A stretch of DNA of 64,000 nucleotides, from contig NC_043010.1 of the NCBI RefSeq assembly GCF_006345805.1, positions 19,282,001-19,346,000 of the forward strand, in the 5' to 3' direction. Positions 53,567 to 64,000 of the stretch are shown here, piece by piece. A program made the translations under genes and the position numbers. This DNA comes from Octopus sinensis (taxonomy: Eukaryota). How positions within the stretch are numbered: the first letter of the stretch is position 1; each line of letters opens with the position of its first letter. Below the pieces are notes generated by a model, which was given only the letters and a program-made list of their open reading frames with translations, did not search any database and was not told the DNA's origin.

Positions 53567-55387
53567 GTAGAGACCACTCTGTGTTATTATTGCTGTTGTT
53601 ATTGATATTGTTTGTTTATTGATTTTGTTATTGATAGGCGTCAGGTCAGTCCATATCAAACAGACGTATGATCAACGTCGTTCCAGGTGTGACCAACCTG
53701 TATTTTATTCAGACGATCTATTTACGACTACTTTGTCCATTGAACTCTCTCTTTGCATTTAGCTCACTTGTGGAGCGATCATGTAAAGGACGATACCTTG
53801 GTTCGCATGGCTTGTGAGGCTGTTGGATTTGATGGTGAGGGACGGCGGTGGAAATGATGGCGGAGGTGATGTGAGGATGATGTCGACACTACAGCTGCCA
53901 ATTATTATGATGTTGATGATGACGAGGACGTAGAGGAGGTTGATAATGTTTGTAACGGCAATGATGAAGGGGAGAAGTGGTGGCGGCGGCGGCGGCGGTG
54001 GTGGTGGATCTTGATAATAAAGTTAATGAGGATGTGTATAATAAAAAGGGGAATAAAAATGAAAAGTTTGCTGCTGTCATTGATGATGATGATGAAGAGT
54101 AGGAGGAGGATGGAGAAGGGGATTGGGAAGATCGAATTGAGTGTCGGCTGCCTTTAGTGGAGTCCATTCTTTAGCATTTTGTTCGACACGCTAATCATTC
54201 TGCCTTAATAATTCTTTCTAATTTTTGGCCCGAGGCCAGCAGTTTTGAGGGGAGGGGGCATAGCTGATTACTTCCCCACCCCCCTCCCGAGCTCGACTCT
54301 TACTTATTTTATAGATCGCGAAAGGATGAAAGGCAAAGTCGACTCCGGCGGCATTTGAACTCCGAACGTAGAGCCGAAAGAAATGCTGCTAAGCATTTTA
54401 TCCGGCACCTAAATACTTTGTTTGCATGTTCGTTAGACTTATGCTTTTCCTTTTTTTTTTTTTTGCTTTTTGCTTTCATTGTCGGCAATGTTTTTGTTGT
54501 TTTTGATATTGTTAATGTTATTGCTGTTGTAGAATTTAGTTTAAGGAATTTGCTGATGCCGTGTGAAAATGGCTTAAAGCTCAGCCAACAATGGAAAATG
54601 GAGGATAATTCGATGCTTAAGTAGCGATCCCTTCCAAAATAATAATCCTATAACATTTCCTATCATTTCCGAGAAGCCGTCTTATTTTACGCTGCTTCAT
54701 CTCAATGATATTTCACAATTATATTCCTCTTCTCCGTTCCTCATCCTTTCCCTTTCTTCTGCTTCTCCTCCCACCCCCACCTTTATACCATTCATTTCAA
54801 TTTATTCTATTATGTCTTCTGTCTTCATTCCATATTTATTACCCCCGCCGTTTATTTTAATGAAGTTATCCATTTCTGTATGTTGTTATATATATTGTCA
54901 ATGCGTGCGTAAATCGGAGAAAACCTGAGCGTTGAACTAAATACGTATGCTATATACATTCTGAGTTGTGGTCCATTACGGCAGGTGATGAATTTAGCCA
55001 AGTCCGGAACAAAGTCAGCAATTTTAAGGGTGGATTAAGTCAATTACATCAACCCTAATACTCAGTTGGTACTTAATTTATCGACCCCGTAAGGATTTAA
55101 AGCAAAATCGAGCTCGGTGGAATTCGAACTCAGATCGGGAATAATCGGAAGGAATACCATTCCGCATTTTGCCCGACTCACTAATGAATTTGCCAGCACG
55201 CTGACTTTAAAGAGTGAAGTAATAAATACCAGTTATGTTTTGAGATCAAAGTAACTAAAACTGCGAATGCAATGTCACAGAATTGTCGCAGAAAAGTGAC
55301 TGCATTCACAGAATAAAAAAAGATTGTGTATGAATTGAACGAACATGGTACAATACAGCGAAAACACGAGACCAAACAGGTCTCGTA

Positions 55388-56571
55388 TCAGGTCATCCCA
55401 TAAGTTCTGTCCGAATTTTGAATAAAGAAAATAAGTTATCAAATGTTATATTTAATTGAAATTTAATCATCAATGTAAAACTCTTGGTTTCAAAGCGAAG
55501 AACTCTGAAATGTCAGTTTCGACCTCCTCCTGGCTTGCGAAAGTTATGTCCCCCAAATGATTCTGTAAACTACGAAACAAATGGTAGTCTGAAGGAGCAA
55601 GGTCGGCAGAATAAGGTGGATGAGGAATTTTTTCCCAACCAAGCTCTTCGATCTTCTGTGATGTGATCTTTGCAGTTGGGGTCGCGCACTGTCCTGATGA
55701 AACATCACTCCTTTTCGATTCACTAAAGCGGGTCTTTTTTTCTTCAAAGCTTAGTTCAAACGCTCTAATTGCTGACAGTAGACTTGAGCATTGATTGTTG
55801 CATTAGGTGGTAACAATTCAAAGTGAATTACTCCTTTGCAATCCCACCAGATAGAGGGAAGAACCTTTTTCCCATGAAATTCTCTTCTCGGTTGTGGTTG
55901 AGCTCTTTCCCTTTTACCAAGCCACTGTTTACGACGCTTACCATTTCGATAGAAAACCCATTTTTCGTCACCAGTCACAAGTTTATCAAAACAGGGTGAA
56001 ATGAGTTCGCGAGAATGGAGAGAAGAGCAGATGTCAGCTCGGGATTTGCGGTTGCTTTCGGACAATTCATGAGGCATCCATTTTCCAAGTTTAGGAGCCT
56101 TTCCAAGTTGTTGGAGATGACGATGAACAGTTGTATGGTTTTAACTAAGCTTCATTGCCAATTCTGCAACTGATAATGCATGATTTTCTGGACGCCCTGT
56201 TCGATCTTCATCTTCAAGGCTGAAATCTCCACTTCTGAATTTTACAAACCATCTTCTGCAAATTCTTTCATTCAAGCATTCTTCCCCATAAACTTAGTGT
56301 ATGATTCGAGTCGCTTCGGCTACAGGGTTTCCTTTTTTGTACTCATAAAGCATTATGTGCCTTAAATGCTCTTTGGATACTTCCATGTTAGAAAGGGTTT
56401 TAATCAAAGAAATTTTAATTCTATTATTCTGTAAAATAATATTAACTTAGTTTAAATGTACACAAATGCATAAAAATAATTTCTAATTCCATCAGACATT
56501 CTAAAATACTATTAAATTTCATTCAATTTTTAAAAAAGGTAAAATCGGAATGAACTTATTGGATGACCTGA
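55388..56571 (-). mobile_element. Mariner (DD34D) element, decayed transposase
   Basis: TA-flanked TIRs tcaggtcatcccataagttc / gaacttattggatgacctga. Motifs MPHELS, VTGDEKW, WWDCKGVIHFELL, HQDSARP. Confidence 0.9.
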
Positions 56572-56588
56572 TAGAAGCAGTATTCGGC

Positions 56589-56628
<40 letters not shown>

Positions 56629-56649
56629 GTCCCTTCCTTCTCGCTCTTG

Positions 56650-56682
<33 letters not shown>

Positions 56683-57362
56683 CTCTCTGTCTTTCCCTCC
56701 CCTTCCTTTCTCAGTCCCACTGATTTCTTTTCGCTCTCTGCTATTCCTTTGTCCTTCGACCCTCTTCAACTCTTTCCCTCTCCTACCACGGGATCGATGT
56801 CCGGTCAAGGCATTTGTCCATTGTATGTGTATAATTCTTTTTCTGTGGCACTTGCATTATTTATTTTATAGCGTTACGTTCGTCAAATAGTCGAAAGACC
56901 TTTTCTCTTATTTTTTTTTTTGTATTTGTAAATGTACAATTATTTTCCTTTTGGTGTATAGCCGAAAGGTGTTCGTCTGTTGTATGTGTATAATACAATT
57001 CTTTCTTGTTTTGTTTCCGTTCTTGTTTTTGTCCTTGCATACATTCGTTTGCTTTTCCAAGAGGCTTAATGCATTTCACTTAAGTCTCCGGCACTTGCCA
57101 GATTCGAGCAGTCTCAATGGTAAAAAAGTGCGAAACTGCAAAGACTTTCCGGACACTAAATGAAGAGGAAATCGGCTGCGAAAGATCTGTGTATCTTGTT
57201 TGTATCCTGTTTACCGTTTGTTATGTTATCGTCTATTTTTCGGTATGTTGTGTTTTGCTGACTTTCCGCCTGCTGTGTTCTTTCTATTCTACCCTTAATT
57301 TATCCATGCGGCGCACCGTACAACCTGTTGTTTACTTTGTTTATATATATATATACATACAT

Positions 57363-57518
<156 letters not shown>

Positions 57519-57708
57519 AGAGTTTACGAAAAATCAACAAAAGACGATGACAGGTGGTGTACAAAACAAAGATGTATTAGTATAACGCTCAGGAATAGAA
57601 AAAGTCTTTTACGTTTCGAGTCTACGCTCTTCTACTAAAAGGGACACAGAAAAAACAAGGAGAGAAAAAAATGTGTGTAGTGGCTAACGATCTATCATGA
57701 CGTCTGTA

Positions 57709-57828
<120 letters not shown>

Positions 57829-59543
57829 TTTAGTTAGTTAGTTCGTTAGTTAGCTGGAATAATGAAGTCAGATCAAATAGCAACATTTTGAAATCATTTG
57901 ATGAGTACGTTTCTGGTCTACGTATTATGTAACAGGAAATGTATCCATTACGTAGCAAACCTTCCTCGGCTAAAGCATTTCAAAATATCTCTAATTGGTC
58001 TCACTTCATTGTTACAACTAATACAACTCGATGTCAGTGCAAACAAGTCGGTCCAGACTCCATTTTTGCGGATACAGTATCAATGATTTGCAGTAGTTTG
58101 ATATATTTGACTCAAGTCGAAAATTTTGGTAGTGTACACTGCTAATTAGTGTAACACATCCAATACACAGACACGAAAATATGTCGGTTCAACTGCACCC
58201 CTGTTTAAGCAACGTCTGAATAACCATAAGTCCTCTTTCAGGATACTGGAAAGGTGCAACGTCACGTCCCGCGTCGGCAAAATATAGCACTTAAAAGAGG
58301 AAAGAACCCCGTACATAAATGGAAGCACTTTGAACAACCAGTGTCTTACATAAACGGGAGCCTACGATGTAAGTTTGTTTGGCTAAGAGGGTAAGAATCT
58401 TAAAAGTCACACTTGACCTGAAGTCTTTTTTAAACTTCAGGAATGAACTATTCAATCAATGCCCGCATCAAAAATGTTTCCTGTTTCAGACTTGGAATTC
58501 CCCATTCGTTGAACTGTCCCGCTCGCAACACGGACATTTTTTTTTACAAAACCAACTGACCGTTACGTATTTCTTCCTCTAGTTTCTAGAGAGGTTATGC
58601 GCCTTCAACCATTTGAGCCTGACGAGTCACCTATACCACTAAGGGCTTTATAGGTGCGAGACCAATGGTCACTCCATAAATGGCCATAACTTTTAACTTC
58701 ATAAAAAATACCCTACTGTTCTAACGCTTTAGAGTTTGCTTCTTTTTCTGATATGCGAACTACTGACGATATATATATATATACATAGATGTGTGTGTAT
58801 GTGTGTGTGGATTTGTGTGTGTGTCTCCAGCGGCCTTTCCTTCTACGTGTTGGCTCGCCAATCACTCTTTCTTGGCATATGTTATCATAAAGCAACGCCT
58901 CTAGTGATATATCAATGAAATTGTTGCTTTACTCGACAGAATTACGTGGCTGTTGATAATATAAGAGGCAGTATACAGGTAAGTGAATTTAACGATGACA
59001 GTAGTGTGAATCAGGGCGCGCGTATCTCCCATAGACTCATGCACACATTTGTACATACATCACACGTACACACGCAAACACACGTGTCTGTTTGTGTGTG
59101 CGTGTTGTGCCTCAGAACGCGTGTGTCTGGTAATTAGGCGCACATGAACCTCACAAAATTCATTTTAATTCGACTAAATATGGTATATTTTCACTGAAAG
59201 TGCTGTAAAACTAATACAAAATTTGTTGGTGCTATAATCAATGTATAAATGAAATAGATAAACAGAAAGGATGAATCTTGAAAATGCACAGATAAAGATT
59301 ATATGCGTATATTTACATTTAAATTGCGGTGATTTTCGGAAGCATCAAGATGTTTCTGCCACAAGTGACTTCTTCAGCCGGGATGAAATGAGGCATGTTC
59401 CCGTGAAAGCTTGCTGTAATTAGCAACCGGCCACGTCGGGATGAATACCAAATAACCAGAATGTAATAATAATAATAATAATAACAACAACAACAACAAC
59501 AACAATAATAATAATAATAATAATAGTAATGATGATGATGATG

Positions 59544-59576
<33 letters not shown>

Positions 59577-59579
59577 GTA

Positions 59580-59651
<72 letters not shown>

Positions 59652-59653
<2 letters not shown>

Positions 59654-60070
59654 GAAGCAAATAGAAGAGGTGGGCTATAAGTACTTGGGGATATTGGAAA
59701 TAAATATATTGATGTAGGAAGAAATGACAGAAAAATTTAAGGTGGGGTACTTGCACAGACTAAGACTGATCCTTAAGTTGAAATTAAATTGGATGGAATA
59801 AGATTGAAGCTATAAACAAATGGGCGATTCCTCTCCTTAGATATAGAGCAGGGGTAATTGCATGGACAGCAGACTAACTAAACAGCTTAGACAGAAAGAC
59901 ACGGAAGTTGCTGACTAGATATGGGATACTCCACCTCAAAAGTGACACAGATAGTGTATGTACCAAGAAAAAGAGGGGTAAGAGGACTGATTGGATACGA
60001 ACACAGCGTTAGAGCAAAATAAAACAACATAGCATGGTATGTAAAAAATTCCACAGTTTCGCTATTATTG
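59652..60070 (+). mobile_element. R4/Dong LINE internal fragment (RT thumb region) after a long (AAT)n
   Basis: YKYLGILE..NKIEAINKWAIPLLRY..LDRKTRKLLT..PRKRGVRGL, with stops and frameshifts. Confidence 0.7.
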
Positions 60071-60552
60071 GACAGTCGATTTGTTCGACTAGAATCCTTC
60101 AAGGCGGTGCCCCAGTATGGCCTTAACCCAATAACTGGAATAAGTAGTAGATAAAAAAGTTAAGATGGGCGCAGGCGTGGCTGTGTGATAAGAAGCTTGC
60201 TTCCTAACCACATGGTTCCGGGTTCAGTTCCACTGCGTGGTACTTTGGGCAAGTGTCTTCTGTTTTAGCCCCGGACCGACCAAAGCCTTCTGAGTGAATA
60301 TGATAGACGGAAACCGAAAGAAGCCAGTCATGTGTGTGTGTGTTGTTGTTGTGTCTGTTTCCTCCCCACCCACTGTTTGACAACTGGTGCTCGTGTGTTT
60401 ACGTCCCTGTAATTTAACGGTTTGGCAAAAAAGACCGATAGAATAAGTACTGGGGTCGATACATTCGACTAAAAGAATTCTTCAAGGCGGTGCCCCAGTA
60501 TGGCCTCAGCCCAATAACTAAAACAAATAGTACACAAAAAAGATATTATCCC

Positions 60553-61700
60553 TTGGGTTGGCAACTAAGTTCCCGCTGTTTTTCTTGAATTAAATTTTTT
60601 TTTTAATGTTTAATAAGAAATAACAACTAATTAATCAATTGTGTATTCATCCTTGTTGTTTACAATTTCTTCCCGACGTTCAACAAGATTTTCAATACCT
60701 CTTTGCTAGAAATCACCCAATTTTGACTCGAAAAATTGATCCAACCAAGCTCTCAATTCTGCATCAGTACTGAACAAAACTCCGCGCATAGCATTTGAAA
60801 GAGATCGAAAGAGGTGGAAATCCGTTGGCGCCAAATCAGGAGAGTACGGCGGGTGTGGCAGCACTTCCCGGTCATGCGTTTGAATGGCTTCCTTGATGAT
60901 GTTGGCGATATGAGGGCGGGCGTTGTCGTGCAACAGAAGAACTCCATGCTGCCGATCAGGTCTTTTCTCTTGAATAGCCGTGTTGAATCGTTCCACCTGT
61001 TGAACATAGAGTTCCGCGTTGACCGTTTGGTTTCGTTCAAGCAATTCGTAATGGATAATCCCTTCCCAGTCCCACCATACGCACAACATCATTTTACGCG
61101 GATGAAGATCTTGTTTCATGCGCAGTGTCGCTTGTTTACCGGGGCTAAGCTATTCCTTACACTGCTTCATATTGATTTACAGGCACCATTTTTCGTCGCC
61201 GGTACCATTCGGTAAAGAAATCGTTGCTTGTGTCCATGAGTTGAGCGGTGACGAGCAAGCAAACCAGCGGAGATTGTGGCTCGTTGATTTTTGTTGTTGT
61301 CACTTAAAGCATGCGGAACCCACACTCCATTCTTCTGAATCTTTCCCATCGAGTGAAGATGCTTTTCTATAGCAGTGTGGGAGCATTCCATTTTCTCTGC
61401 CAGTTCTCTTACCGTTTGACGAGAATTTTCGTGCAAAAGTTGGCTTAATTGATCTTCATCAAACTCAACTGGACGGCCAGAAGTAGGTGCGTCTTTGAGG
61501 TCAAAATATCCATTTTGAACTTGGCATACCAATCATGAGCGGTTCTTTCAGCTATGGCACCCTCTACATACACTGCACAAATGTCGTGAGCAGATTTTGC
61601 GGCCTTTGAACTTTGATTAAAAGCAAAAATAAAGAGGTGTCGAAAATGCTCGTTTTTCTTAACTTGACATTCCATGATCTAAAAATAAACAAAAATTAAC
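60553..61700 (-). mobile_element. Mariner (DD34D) element, frameshifted, only one TIR recognisable
   Basis: ttgggttggcaactaagttc TIR-like end. Motifs WVPHAL, WWDWEGIIHYELL, HDNARPH, YSPDLAPTDFHLF; ATG at 61675. Confidence 0.88.
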
Positions 61701-63078
61701 TAGAACAAAAAATAGATTCCAAAATGATTCAAAAATAGAATTCTCGAAAAAAATAGATTCCAAAATTTAAAAACGCAATAAATTCCATGTTACCTAGTTT
61801 TCTCCCTTTACAGAACTCTTCTCTAGGCCGGACGATCCGTTTTAAACTGTACGTTAAATTCTTGCTTTCCACATTTCATATATAATTGCAATAGAATTCA
61901 ATTTAATTTAATTTCTTGCATAAAGATAACTTAGATATTTCTTTAGGAATTATCAAAATTTTAACCCGATTTCGCATATTTATTACGTTTATTAATTATC
62001 TTCTGCCTTATTACATCAATTCGCTTCTAGCGTATCTTGTCCTAGACACATCACATTGCCTAAAAGTGATTTACTCCCCTTTCTATGGGTTCACTAGTTC
62101 AAAAGTCAAAAGAAACTACTAATTCCGTATATTTATTTGTGTAAACGAAAGTATTGATAACACATAACGATTTAGCAAATAGTTATTTTAATTTGTTTTC
62201 CCTTCTCACTCGCAGTCTTTTCCAACAGACACACAAATATCTACTAACACACGTGGTACCTCTAATGGTTATATATATTACAAGGGAAATAGTCATTTCT
62301 CCGACACAGAGTAAGAAATTCGAAATTGAAGTTAAAGAATTATAAGGAAAAAAGATTTCACTTATTTATTTATTTATTTATGCTTACTTAATACGAAGAT
62401 CTTAAGATTTCCGACCATTGGTCATAATGCATAGCACTATATCATTCTTTTTAGAAATCATCAATATGATATGACTTGTGATTTATCAATTAAACGATTT
62501 ATTAAATGAGGCATTTTATTAAAGCTATGAATGAATACAGTTTAGAATGAATTTGTAGAATGTGTTTTTTCTGTTTTGTTTTTTTTTCTAAAACGTTTGT
62601 AGATTAGGAATCAAGTAAAATAGGAAGTGAAAATGTCAGATTGAAGGTCAATACTTTTAGTTTCAGGCTCAGATAACTCCTCAAGCTGATTCCAGTGTTT
62701 TCTTTGAGAGTTTAAATTAGTCTCAAGGCTTTATTTTTAGTGGTATTACCCCGTTTGGGTAGTGGCATAAGCATCTTTGCGTAAATTGACACGCCTTGCC
62801 CACCGCCAACAATATACAAATGAATATATAAACAAACCGTCCATCAATCTTATCCATCCATCGATTTTCAAGATTACATCTCACATTCTACCATTATACA
62901 AGGCGTTGACTTCTATGAAGGAAATCCTTAGACTAATTCTACATTAAATATCCCTTCATAATCTTTGTTTTCTACAATCGTAACCATGGTTCATTGCTTG
63001 ATAAACTCTCCGGATCGAAACAGCCGGCAGAATGTAGCAGCACAATAAACAAATATACAAATATACATACGTGTATAC

Positions 63079-63130
<52 letters not shown>

Positions 63131-63571
63131 ATGTATGTATGTATGTAGATATATACATATATAGCACATATATATGTATATATACGTATACATACACATA
63201 TGCACTTGCATACCATACGCATTCACGTACACACATGTACACGCGCGCGCGCACACATATATCGATCGAGAGAGACTGTTATACGATTAATTATTGAATA
63301 TGTCTCCCTTAATCGATATATACAACAGCTTTGATGATAGGGAAGCTATTGATTACAACTTTTTAATATTTTCCAAAAAGACACGAAATTAATAGGGTGA
63401 CCCCTGCTTTAAGGTTTCGTATTTGACAGCCCTGATTCACACCTGAGTTTCATTTACAATAATCTGGGTTCGCTTATATATACCAGGCAGTCACATTGGT
63501 CTCTCTCTCTCTCTTTCTCTCTTCTCTCTCCTTCTCTCGCTCTTGTCTCCTCCTCTCTTTCTTAATATATA

Positions 63572-63691
<120 letters not shown>

Positions 63692-63886
63692 ACATATATA
63701 TATATATACATATATATATATACATATATATACGTATATATATATATATATATATCTTTCTGGGATGAGTTACTCGACATCCTCAAAGACGTTATGACCT
63801 TATGGTGTTGGCATCGTAGATATGTTGAGAAGATGTCTGTGGCAATGGTTTACATACACTTTCACTTATTGATTTTTTCCTATATA

Positions 63887-63980
<94 letters not shown>

Positions 63981-64000
63981 CTTTCCTCAACAGGCCCTGC

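Noticed and set aside
59336-59382. Reverse-strand CTGAAGA-a-gtcac-tt-gtggc-a-GAAAC hammerhead-like core
   Set aside because: No U at 16.1, so no NUH triplet, and no stem I; at most a relic.

Overview
Animal genomic DNA that is AT-rich and saturated with microsatellites. The SINE and LINE content points to a cephalopod, most likely Octopus (inference). Only 237 bp of host coding sequence can be supported: two consecutive + strand exons (37220-37333, 53444-53566) of a histidine decarboxylase (Hdc) gene, separated by a 16.1 kb intron. The flanking exons were not found by eye, so the whole window probably lies inside Hdc introns. The rest is transposon-derived: one DD37D (maT) and four mariner (DD34D) elements or fragments, a pile-up of R4/Dong-type RLE LINEs sitting in (TAA)n tracts, L1/Tx1, RTE and CR1-like fragments, three tRNA-derived SINE families, Helentron-like non-autonomous elements, MITEs and many long foldbacks. 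The most striking unannotated signal is a set of type I hammerhead ribozyme motifs of the minimal Penelope/retrozyme kind: about 7 with a near-complete core plus several relics. They include a mirror-image pair inside a roughly 99% identical 344 bp foldback, a family sharing a U4-to-C core variant, and a relic next to a tRNA-derived head. Most entries in the ORF track are microsatellite artefacts. All alignments and folds were done by eye, and element boundaries are approximate unless TIRs or splice sites are quoted.
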